From Chrysomallon squamiferum (Eukaryota > Animalia > Mollusca), in assembly GCA_012295275.1 (NCBI GenBank), contig CM022675.1, positions 14,818,001 to 14,882,000 of the forward strand: a DNA stretch of 64,000 nucleotides, written 5' to 3'. The first letter of the stretch is position 1. Each line of letters opens with the position of its first letter. The notes beneath the pieces were generated by a model. That model was not told the origin of the DNA. It saw nothing but the letters and a program-made list of their open reading frames with translations, and ran no database searches. The translations under genes were made by a program, and so were the position numbers. Positions 13,798 through 26,528 of this stretch are shown here, in pieces.

Positions 13798-15174
13798 CTA
13801 TTTATTCCACTGTGACAGCTGATGATAACACGATCCAGGACAAGAGTTTCTGAAAAATAAAATTAAATATTGTTATTGTTAATTATTAATTATTATTATT
13901 ATATTTTTTATTATTTATATTTTTAATGAAAATAATTCTAGATGTTTATATCTTTATATGACTGATAAGTTTCTAAATGTGGAAACATTATACATACATA
14001 CATACATACATACATACATAGTGAAATGAAAAGAATGAAATACATTTGTGTTCAGACATCTGTTATAAAGGTAACTGTTACAGGTGATGTTTGTGTAAAC
14101 ACAAAACAGATTAATCTCCTGTTTCCACTCCATGGGAATCTCTTTCAGAAAATCTAGAAACTTGTTACATGTGCACCTCAAACATACCATAACCTTCGAT
14201 TATGTGGAACCTGATTCAGTGGCTCCGGTAACTGCTGTGCTTGTACACCACCCAAGTGTGTCTTGACCAGAGTAATTTTTATTTAATTTATAGATGGTCA
14301 TAGTCTTGTAACATTAGTAAATAAAATACACGAGTTACAGGTTTCATTCGTTCTGATGAACGACACTATCCCATACTTCACAAATGTTGTCATCAAGATT
14401 ATATTTATTTTATTACAAAGAAAAAGGATGAAACAAAAATAGCACTGGAATGGAAGACGTTATTTTTAATCAAACACACATGAAATAACATTGTTTTACT
14501 ACCAGGGGTCATAGTTATAACTATATAAATAGTATTAATTATACTTACGTCATAGTGCACAAGTACTTGCAGAAATCATGTAGAGACACTGATTTAGTTG
14601 TCATGGCTGAACTCTTCAGTGATGTTGATGTCACTGTTGTAGTAATTTTATGAAATTCTGATATCTGTCTCGGGAGTTGAGCTTGATTGGATCTTTGTTT
14701 GAGTGATGCCGAAAACAAAGTAAAGTCAGACTTTATGTGTTTTGTTGATTGTATTGATGATGAAGTTGCCATTGGTGATGATGATGATGATGGTGATGAT
14801 GTTTTTGAAAGTTTTGGCTTTGGTGAAGACAAAGAATCTGTTAATTGTTTAGAAGACCATTGTTGTAATGGTAATAATCCTGGTAGAAGATTTTGAAGAG
14901 ATGAGGATGATGCTGACAATGTTGATGATGATGATGGTGGTGATGATGAAGGTAATGTAAAAGTTTCTGTCTTCTTCAGAGTTTCTGAATTCAGATTGAT
15001 AATTGTTGTTGGTGCGTTTCTCAACAAGCGATGTGCTGTGTTGGCTGCAGGATCTTCCAGCTGCTTGGAATGTCTGAATTCATTGTTTACTGATGTAACT
15101 GAACAAACCACGTTTTGCACGCACAGTGTTTGGAAAGTTATAAGAACGAGAAGAAAACTTGATGGCCACATCAT
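13798..15174 (-). CDS. Uncharacterised secreted Ser/Thr-rich protein with C-terminal four-cysteine motif, 225 aa
   Basis: Exon 15174-14549 starts at ATG directly after acceptor ttccag and encodes a signal peptide (MMWPSSFLLVLITFQTLCVQNVVC) plus an S/T/P-rich region. Donor AC|gtaagt (phase 2) joins acceptor ttatttttcag at 13849, giving ...FCKYLCTMTNSCPGSCYHQLSQWNK* (stop 13798-13800). Confidence 0.8.
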
Positions 15175-15638
15175 CTGGAAAGTTAATAAAAGAAAATTAA
15201 TTTAATCTACAACGTCCTCAATGCAAATGCACCAGAAAAGTAACTTTAAGAATACTAACACAATATGCAATATTTTATAAACTTGAATATTTTCAGTTTT
15301 TGAAAATATGCACAGATACATAAATGCACTCAAGCATACAATAAATTTATGTGTTCATTAACAATTCTTTAATAAATAAATAAAATTAGTTACATCTGAC
15401 ACTCATTTCATTTATTTATATGTTTATTTTTTGTTAATACACTCGTACCACTTGGCTGTTACATTTCTACTGCTATCACAGCTGTTAGGACTACCACGAC
15501 CTCTGATACTGACATATCTATATTAATATCAAAGCAGTTTGCTTTTTATTGCTATTGTTCGATAATTAATTAACCAACTTTTGCAAGTACTTAGAACTTA
15601 TAATAAAGAAATATAAATAAACTGTTAGACTTACTCAC

Positions 15639-15705
15639 CTGTGTTTGCTCATTTTGGACATGCATTCACTTGTTTGTTCTCTGGTGATAGAAAGTATTTA
15701 AATAA
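15639..15705 (-). promoter_or_regulatory. Short non-coding first exon and TATA-like element of the secreted-protein gene
   Basis: Strong donor CAG|gtgagt at 15638. Minus-strand TATTTAAA at about 15697-15704. Confidence 0.5.
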
Positions 15706-18700
15706 ACCTACATGCATGAAATGTGTTTATTTAAGAGATAAACACCTATACACGGGTAAATACCTACATGTGATCATGTAGGATTGTCGCCTGACTTTTT
15801 TCTCCAAACTGAAGATGTCAGGATAAACGACAGGTTTATAGGTCTGTGAAGCGCCCCAAGGCAATTCATTGCTAACACTTTTCTGTTTTTCTTTTCTTTT
15901 CCAAACGCGGGGATTAGCTGCGAAAAATAAGTTGTAAACAAAACAGGGCGTTGCCGACATTTCATAAAGTGCAAATAAAGAACAAAAACTTTTTAAAAAA
16001 GAAAACATAAGTGCCGCACCTCCAAAAAATAAAATAAAAATAAAAACAAAAATAAAATAAAATAAAATAAAATAAATAAATAAATAATAATAATAACAAC
16101 AATAATACAAAAATAAATAACTGATCTATCAGTTAACAAGGAAAATCATCACAGCGACCATTAATTCCACTAACACATCAACTGCTGCTACTACCACTAC
16201 AACTATAATATACAAACAAGCATACACACACATAAAAATGCATACATACATGCATATATACGTAGACAGACACGCACTCACACACACACACACACACAGT
16301 GTAAAGCTGTGTTTTTGTTTACAGCTGATAAACATACTAATTAAATAAGACAGTTATGTGTCAGGTGCCCCAAGGCAGAGATTCACTGATTTATAATGAT
16401 GAACTTTAGGTCAGCAGATCAATTCTTATTAGAGGAACTATTTATCATGTTAAATCAAAGATATTTGGTAGGCTAAGTTAAAATGCTAATTAAAAGTCTT
16501 GAAAAGACATTAATGAAGAAGTTAAATGTAAAGTCTTATTTTTGGGGGCATTTAACAATAACAATAGTGTTATAAACATTATGACCTGTACTTGTAGTCC
16601 TGTGTTAATATATAATCAACAATTCACACCCATATAACGTAAGTCTGTTTGTGAATGTTATTGTTCTACAGAAGTCAAACTATGCAGTTCAGTAATAAAA
16701 TAACACGTTTGCAGCAGGAATTAATTGATCTCTTTTTCTTGTGTGAAATACACAAACTTACTCTTAATATGCATTCAGTACCAAGTTTGAATCCTATTCA
16801 AGATATTTAACCATTGATGTACATATGTAATTTTATGGGATCATCTTTTTAAATGTGAATGAGCTGGACATGTTAACTGTATGTTCCATCTACTCATAAT
16901 ATCAATGTGTAAAACCTATATAATATATATATATCTATATATATATATCTTGTTATGCTTTATACAGGAATTTGGCAGATAGTTGTAGGATCACTGTTCA
17001 TCATTTATACACAGGACTATTTCCCATTCCAACCAGAGCATCTTCGTGGTTTTTCAAAGGCTCTGTTATGTGCTTACCTATCTAAAAAAGGAGAGGCAAC
17101 TCATAATGCACTGGGAAGGGGTTACGTCTCTTTGTTGTGTGTACATGTCATTTTAACCACATAAATCTAGATCATAAAGCACTTCTTCCTTCGTTAGGAC
17201 TGAACAATTATTTAACAGCATAGGAACACATTTATTATTAATTTCATTAATACGATACAAGCAAACCATCTGATGATTCTCCATGTGATATGCTTTACAA
17301 TAGCAGTGCATAATCATTTATATAAACCTTCCCATAAACAGGGAACACTCAAGGAGCACTGGCAACTAGCAATCTTAATGAGTATTTATCTGCTGAACTG
17401 GGTTACTTCTGATATGATCCGGACATTTGTTTTAAACCTCAAACTAACACATTCCATCTCTCTTTCTCTCTCCCTCTCATTTTTGTACATCAATTAAAAT
17501 TTTTCAATAAAAACAAACACAAAACAGTATGTTCTTAATTATTTAATATCTCCTCTAACAAACTGGCATAGCACAAATGTTTTTAAAAATATATGCAAAA
17601 TAGACAAAATATTTCAAATATAAACATATGTATTTATAGGAATTGTATTTAAAAATAACAGTATTTATAATTAAATTTTAACATCATTCAAGTTTTAAAA
17701 CTTTTAAATGAATGTGATTATAATAAGGATGTAAGATGAAGAAGTTAATATTATTATATTACAATTTATGAACTGTTTGTTGCAAAGAAAATAAACAATA
17801 ACTTAGTAAAAATTTGTATATACACTATTTATTAATATTTTCATTACAAATTCATAAATAATTAATAACATATATTTGATGCATTAAAAACAGAAATAAA
17901 TATAAACATTTTTTTATTTATTTATTATTTTTTTTAAAGAAAATATAAATAAATTAAAGATATTTGTTTTTAAGTATTACGTGATGTTAATGTGTCCAGT
18001 TTCTTACATCAAATAAAAATAAAATAAAATAAAACAAAGGAAAAAAGTACATAAAAGAAATTAAATTAAAATGAAATAAAACTGAAATAATGAAATGAAA
18101 TGAAAGTATAAAATAAAATAATAAAAAAATTAAAATAAAATTTATTAAAGTAAATATTTTAAAATTAATCTTTAAAATATATATGACTGAAATTAGATCA
18201 TAATATGAAAGCATGAATGAAATGTGTGTAAATGTTTTAATACTTCACATAGTAAATAATCATAAACATTCAGCACCTGTTAAATGCAATTCAAAAAACA
18301 TTTTAATGAAAAATAAAATTATTTAAAAGGAAGAAATAAAATTATTATCAAACTATTAAACATACTTAAATATTAATAATAATAATAAAAAAATGCAAAA
18401 ACAAAATAAATATATATATATATATATACATACACACACACACATACACAAACACAACACACACACATACATACGTACATACACAATTATATACTTAATA
18501 AAAAAAACACCTAATTAATATTAAAAGATTAAAAAGAAAACAATTTCAAATACAACTGTTATGAAGAAAATGAAAAACAAATTGTTAAGAAATGAAAAAG
18601 ATAGTAAATAGGTAAATTTATAATTCATTGTGGTACAAAACTGGATAGTTAACTGAAAATGAAAATAATATTAAAATAAATTTACCAAAATCAGCATTTT

Positions 18701-19097
18701 TTGTTAGACATATTATTTTGTATATATATTGTACAGTATAATGAAATAAATTAAATTAAATAATAATTTTAAAAGTTTCAATATTAAAAAAAATAAATAT
18801 ATATACAAAAAGACTTTCACTGTTGATATTGTAATGTCATTTATATACAAAAGATATTTTTGCTTATATTTGAATAATCTACTTCTGCAGTTAACATACT
18901 CTCTCACTGTGTACTCTGTAAAAACTGCCAAAATAGCAAATATACATTACAGTTCATCCTGGTTATTTATATAACCTTTAGCTAAAAGACTCTGCAGAAA
19001 TTTCACAAAATAAATTTTCAATAACAAACCAGGTTAGATTAAACATTTTTATATATTTTTGTAGTACTTGAACTTATGATATGCATTATTAGGTTTA

Positions 19098-21319
19098 TCA
19101 GACATCTTCAAATGTAACCATGGTTATTTCAAGGTCAACTCCAAATGCTGATTCCCATGGTTTTCTTATTGCTTCAACCAATGACTGTGTCCCATTGGAT
19201 GTTTCCATGGTGATATGCCAATCTGTTTCATCTCCTGATTTTTCATTAAAGAAAGTCATTCTGATTTTCTTTTTCTCTTTGGCACAGATCTCCTGGAATA
19301 ATTAATTAAAAAAAAAAAAAATTTAAAAAACAAAATAAAAAATAAAGAAATAAATAATTAAATAATATTGTTCAATATGAAAACCAATGAGTAATATTAA
19401 TAGTTACTGATAATCTCAAAATAAATACGTGCTCACACATACATATATAAGAAGAAAAACAAGAAAATAAAAATAAAAGGAAAGACCTTTCCCTTTAATT
19501 ACTATTACTATTAAATTATGTCTTGTTATAGACGGAACCTTAATACCAAAGATTTTTGAAGAGGATTGAGCAAAACTTTGTGAAATAATCATACTTCACA
19601 TGTTATATTTACACTAATTATTTACTAATTAAGTGCTAATTATAGTTTTGTATAATCAAGATGCAATCAGCAGAGTTTATTTGATTGCAGACCTGGTATT
19701 ATTTTGTCTATGGCATGCATGTTGCTTTTTATTACAGCTACGAGGGTTTATTGAAATGTAATACAAATGTCTCTAATGTAAAATGATTATTGTGTTCAGT
19801 GATGCATAAAATAAATATTTTTACATTTAACAGTGAAATTAAAACAAAATAAAAGCAAAATGAATGTTTTTGTTGTGTTAAGTGAAACAAAAACTAAATA
19901 AAAATAAAGTGTTTTCAATGAAACAAAAACTGAATAAAAATAAAATAACTCACAACTGTTGCAATGTTGTTGATTGCTTGCCGTTCCAACACAGTGAACT
20001 GTTTTCCAACATCGGCCTCTGACAACGGCGCCTGTAGCCGTGGCTGTGGCCACTGATGATTTTCTCTGACGAGACAAATCTCAGAATTTGAAATTACAAA
20101 GCTGATTGGGTAATGTGGATTGTGTCCTAGAAAAAAGAATCAAAGAGTCAAAATTAATAAATATTTTTTTAATGAGTGATTTTAATATTAAACATTATTA
20201 GCTGTCACATGATTTTTGTATAATAAAGATAAACAGATAAACAAACAGAGAGTAATAAACTCAAATATTTTTAACTCATTAGTATACATCAGAGAGAAAC
20301 AATTTACATTAACATGAATATGTTAAGTTACATTTAATAAATTTGATATGCATACTTTCATGGTAAAAATTTATTAATATATGACTTATTTATTAATTAT
20401 GGTTTTTATATAACAAAAATGTGAAGAAAATAAATTCAATTTGAGAGCTGTTGTTATTATTAGTAGCAAGAATTCTTTTATTTGCTTTTTCCCAAGAAAA
20501 CAGAAAGAAAGGCATCCTCTGAAACACAAGTTGTCTGTCAGTATCTGGTTGGAATAGAAAAACAAGTGACTGATGCAATTAGAAAAAACAGATCTTATAA
20601 TCTGTCATAGCTGAATGAAATAAAGCCAGGTACATGGATATCAGTGCATTCTAACTTGTCCCATTTATCATTATCAGCTTTCAAAACTATTAAACTGAAG
20701 TGCAGTTGTATTAAAATATCAATTTTTCCTAATTATTAACATCTTCAAAAAGATAAAAAAAGAGAAAATTTAAAAATAAAAATAAGAAAAATTAGAAAGA
20801 AAGAAAGAAAAGAATAAAAAATTAAGACAAAAAATAATGTGAAATCTTTGTAATCTTACCCTTGAAAAGAAACATTATTTGCAACTGATAAATAAATATC
20901 TAAATAAATAAATAAAAACAGGAGTAAACTAATGTGAAGACCTAGTTTTGCCACACACACACACGAATAAAAAAAGATATTTGACAAACCTCTAACAAGA
21001 TAACCCATCAAGTATTTGACAAGAGAATTCTGTCCACTGTCTGTATGTCTGAGTACTTCTTTCTGCAGCCTGTCAAGTGATGCTGGGTTTACATCTTTGT
21101 GAATTGTCACACCCAGCTTTTTGTAAACCTTATTTAATGGACTCTTAATGATAAGACCTACAAAAAAACCCCAATAAAAATAAATAAATTAAAAAAATAA
21201 GTATAGTTTGTGTATCTGAAGAATATTCAATATAGATAAAAATGTCAAACAAAATTCATGTTATATTTTATCAATTCAGCCACAGAAATTATGTGTTTTT
21301 GTTTGTGTGAGATTAAGAG

Positions 21320-21388
<69 letters not shown>

Positions 21389-21623
21389 CTGTCAAAATTA
21401 AAGATGTATCATTGAAACTGAAGATCATTTAACTAGGACTAAACCTTTAACATTTAACTAAAAAAAAAAAAAAAAAGAATAAAAAAAGAAAACAAAGTAA
21501 ATTGTGTTCACTAAACAATTACTCAATACAATTAGTGTTAACTGAAACAGTGTACTAATAGTAAAACATTTTGTTAATTATCTCATAATTTCTAATAATA
21601 CTAATAAAAGCATATCCTTATCG

Positions 21624-21657
<34 letters not shown>

Positions 21658-24600
21658 TAAACACACACAAAAGGAAAGTAAAAAAAAAAAAGAAGAAATA
21701 CAAATATTTAAATGAAAAGCCAAAGTAATTTTAAACAAATAAAACCAACCTTCTAGAAAATCAACAAACATTTTACATCTGTGTTCATCACGAACAATAA
21801 AATCGTAACATGAACATTCAGTTCTGTACTCAAGTCTGAAGCTCTGACAGCCCAGCCCCACATCAATGTACCTCAGCTCCGGAATTGGTTGAATATCAAC
21901 TGTTTTTAACCAATCTCCTGGGTTTTCACTGGAAAAAATAATAAAAAAAAAATAAAATAAAATAAAATAAAATAAAATAAAATAAAGAAGAATATTGAAG
22001 TAGATACTGTCTCAGTTTAACTGTAATGTCAATTTTGTTTTCTTCATTCTTCAAATATCTTTGTTTATCTTTGACCTTTTAACAAAACAACAAACAAACA
22101 AACAAAAAACTAAACTAAAATAAAATAAATAATAATGAAAAATATTTTTAAAAAACCCATAAACTCCCCCCAAAAAATAACAAAACAAAGAAATAATGAA
22201 TAACAATAAAAAAATAATAATAAAAACTGAAACAATAAAATAAGAAAAAAAAGAAGAAGAAATGAATAACAGTAAGTAAAAACATAATAATAAAAGAAAT
22301 TATACAAATTATATTCTATATCTCTAAAACTATTTTTTTTTAATTTCTCTAATTAATTAATGTGTAACAAACAAGGTATAATTAAACTGACCAAATTTAT
22401 ATACAAAATATAAAAACATATATAAAAATATTAAAAAAAGAAGAAAATAATTTAAAAACATAAATAAAAAGTCACCTTGATGTGTCTGCTGCAACTTTGA
22501 GAATGTAAAACTTGGCAGATGTCATGATGAAGATACCTCTAAATTCCTCCTCTATCATGTACTGAGACACATCACACTGGAAACACACAAACATCTCTTT
22601 AACACTCATTTATTACATCTTTTCTCAGCACTAACTTAACATCTCATTTATTATATCTTTTCTCAACACTAACTTAACACACAAACATCTCTTTAACACT
22701 CATTTATTATATCTTTTCTCAACACTAACTTAACACACAAACATCTCTTTAACACTAATTTATTACATCTTTTCTCAGCACTAACTTAACACACAAACAT
22801 CTCTTTAACACTAATTTATTACATCTTTTCTCAGCACTAACTTAACACACAAACATCTCTTTAACACTCATTTATTACATCTTTTCTCAGCACTAACTTA
22901 ACATCTCATTTATTACATCTTTTCTCAACACTAACTTAACACACAAACATCTCTTTAACACTCATTTATTACATCTTTTCTCAGCACTAACTTAACATCT
23001 CATTTATTACATCTTTTCTCAGCACTAACTTAACACACAAACATCTCTTTAACACTCATTTATTACATCTTTTCTCAGCACTAACTTAACATCTCATTTA
23101 TTACATCTTTTCTCAGCACTAACTTAACACACAAACATCTCTTTAACACTCATTTATTACATCTTTTCTCAGCACTAACTTAACATCTCATTTATTATAT
23201 CTTTTCTCAGCACTAACTTAACACACAAACATCTCTTTAACACTCATTTATTACATCTTTTCTCAGCACTAACTTAACACACAAAAAACATCTCTTTAAC
23301 ACTCATTTATTACATCTTTTCTCAGCACTAACTTAACATCTCATTTATTACATCTTTTCTCAGCACTAACTTAACACACAAAAAACATCTCTTTAACACT
23401 CATTTATTACATCTTTTCTCAGCACTAACTTAACATCTCTTTAACAACACTCATCTGTTTTTCAGTTCCATTTTTCTCAACAGTAATGTAACTTGTTAAA
23501 TATAAATAACTTAATTTATTTATAAAATAATCATCTACTCCTACTTCATATTATAATTTGTGGATATACCTATCTATCTATCTGTCTATACACAAACAGA
23601 TACTGACATATATTTAAACTGTAATCAGATAGTAATGTTTAATTATCTGTTCTCTAATGACAATAATTAAAATGTGTATTATCAGATGGAAAAAAAAAAA
23701 GAAAAAAAAGAGGATAATAATGATTTTAATTGTTTATGGAACTATGAAAATGAAATAGAAAATAAAATTTATTTAAATAATAAAATATTAAAGTTACCCT
23801 AAAAATACATTCAAACTCCTCAGTGTCTTCAAACAAAGTCATCATGAGATGAAGTTTTAGTCTGTGATCGATGTCTACAAATGGCTGCTCCAAAATGGCA
23901 GAACACCGCTCTCTGGAAACTACATCAACAGGGTTGTTTTCTCCTTGAAATTTTTTCTCAACATGCACATCAGTACTGGTATCAAAAAAAACAGGATACT
24001 TTGACTGGTCATTCCTGCCACCATCATCATCATTAACATTGTAGTCATATATACTTCTGCTGCTTTGTTCCGTACTGTCAACATCATAGACACACAGGTC
24101 ATCAGCAGAAGATTGGTTCACAAGTGTGGAAGTGTCTGTGATATTATCATCAGCTTCAACAACACTGTTCTGATATACACTAGACACCATGCTGCTGCAT
24201 ATACTGTTAGACAGTGGTGATCCAAGTGGAGTTATCTCATCTTTGTTCCTAGGTGAATTACCCATGGCAATGGAATCTGAAACAGGTGCCAGTTCCGTGT
24301 CAGCAAGACCAAACCTTACTGTCTGTGATTTAGTATTGTCATTTTCAGAGCTGGTTTCAGATATCACTGATATGCTACACTCACTGGGGTTGGTTAGAAC
24401 AGTTATATCACTGTCAACTGACGCAATACGCACTCTTTGTTCTTTCTTTAACACTTCCTGAAGCTCTGCCCATGACCTCTCTCTTGGAATGACAATTTTA
24501 ATATCTGAAGGACAGAAATGAGATTCATGGTAATCAGAGACATTTTGTGTGTTAAATCCTTCATTTCTTGTTTTACTGTTTTCTGAGAAGAGCTCTTTGG

Positions 24601-26455
24601 TTACATTTTTGTTAACTGGTCCAGTTTGTTCATCTGTAATTCCGTTCTGTTTTGGAGCAGCTGATTTAGCCAAAGGGCTTTTTAAAGTTCCCTGAGAGCT
24701 AAAGACAAAGACAAAAATTAAAAAATTAAAATGGTATTACTACTGATCATTGTTAACTACTAGATATTCACATTCTAACAACATTTATTAAAAAACAGTT
24801 ATTTAAGTACTTCTTCCTCAAAACACAACTAACACTATCATAATAATGAAATAAAAGTATGTTCAAAGTTTAGATATTTTTATCTAATATGAAATAAGCA
24901 ATTCTAAACATTTATTTTATGTGCATTTTATATAATTAGTATATTTTTTTGTGAAAATCTATAAAAACTGATTTATCTCCCTTCACTTTTATCATATCAT
25001 TTAGATTCAATAATGTACACCAACAACATGAAAACAATAATGAAAAAAAAACAAAAAAAACCCTTTCTTTATTTCAGGTGGATTTTTTTAAAGCTTTTCA
25101 AAGTATACAATTATGTCACAATAAAAATATCTACCATCATGCTTTCTAACAAACTTGTTATATTTCTATTTTAAATAAAACTCCTTACTCTAAACTGGAT
25201 CTGCTATTTTTAACTGGACTCAGTTTCTTTATGATATCTGCTCCTGCAGCCAAATAATTTCCTGATGAATATGACCCAACTGGTGTTGAAGTTGACGAGG
25301 AGGCTTGCGATCCTGACGACATCTCCACTTCAATGATCTTGTCACTGTGACATTTTGAACAGTAGTAACGGATACAAGCTGTAGATGTACACACATAGAT
25401 AAGAAAATAAAAATAATTAAAAATAAATAAATAAATAAATAAATAAGAGTGAAAAATAATTTAAAATGAACTAATAAAAATAAACAATAAAAAATTAAAT
25501 AAATAAGTAAAAAATATAAAATAAAACAAATAAATAATGAATAAGGGTATATATTTATTACAAAATTTTAAAATATGTAAATAATAATAAATAAACAATC
25601 TCTGGGGTTACAGCTCTTTGAATCACACAGTAATGTAGGTGTGAAATGAAAATAAAAATGAATACAAATAAATTACAAAGTGTTTGCAAAACGTCTGTAG
25701 AAATCACTGGTAATATTTTCTCTTATTCCCAAAAATAAAAATAGACTACAAAAATTAGAAAGTATATAACAGACAAGGACTATATAAACTATTTAAATAT
25801 GGTTAACAATAAGGCAGCTTCTTTAAGTACTGTCAACAAACTTGGAAAAACTGTTAATACATTTCATATTTTTTATTATTTTATTACCTAAATGTTTCAG
25901 ATTCTCCAAATCAAGGCTGCTTCCAGACGATGGCATCTTCTGATTGTCAGTTGATTTCTTTGCCTCAGTCTTTGTAAAATGATGTGAACATTTAAGACAC
26001 TGAAATCAGAATAAAATCTTATAGTCAGTGGATTTCATAAAAGTTAGAAATCTTTGACATATGTTAAAAACCACCAAAAAACCCAGTGTCTAAGAAAAAA
26101 AAATCTTCTTACTGTTAAAACACAATTAATAAAAAGATAAGATAAACTACTCTTTTTACTTGCTGTTGTAAAATTAAAATTAATTTTGTTTTCAAACCTG
26201 AAAAATAACATTAGGCTGAGATTTCAGTTCTCTTTCTGCCAGGAATGGATGCAGTAAATTTTCAAATCGCTGGAATAAATGAAAGAAAAAAAATTAAAAT
26301 AGATAATAATATAAACAATAATATATATATTTTTTTTTTCTTGGTTTTGTTTTAATAAATTATCAACTTGTTCAAAAAATTAAATAAAAGATATATTTTG
26401 GGGGAAAGTAATTTTGCTATTCTTTTATTTTATAGTTTTTGTTTAATATATCTTT

Positions 26456-26528
<73 letters not shown>

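Noticed and set aside
2458-15174. Idea that the signal-peptide exon at 15174-14549 splices to the myosin exon, nesting C1GALT1 in an intron
   Set aside because: A nearer phase-matched terminal exon (13849-13798) completes the Cys motif, and the myosin exon has its own ATG.
14687-15205. Plus-strand ORFs of 69 aa
   Set aside because: Antisense shadows of the secreted-protein exon.
22581-23452. Regular repeat array superficially like CRISPR
   Set aside because: Units are contiguous with no unique spacers, there are no cas genes, and it lies in a eukaryotic intron.
23726-24673. 315-aa ORF as a standalone gene
   Set aside because: It is internal exon 16 of STK11IP (24698-23798) plus intron read-through.
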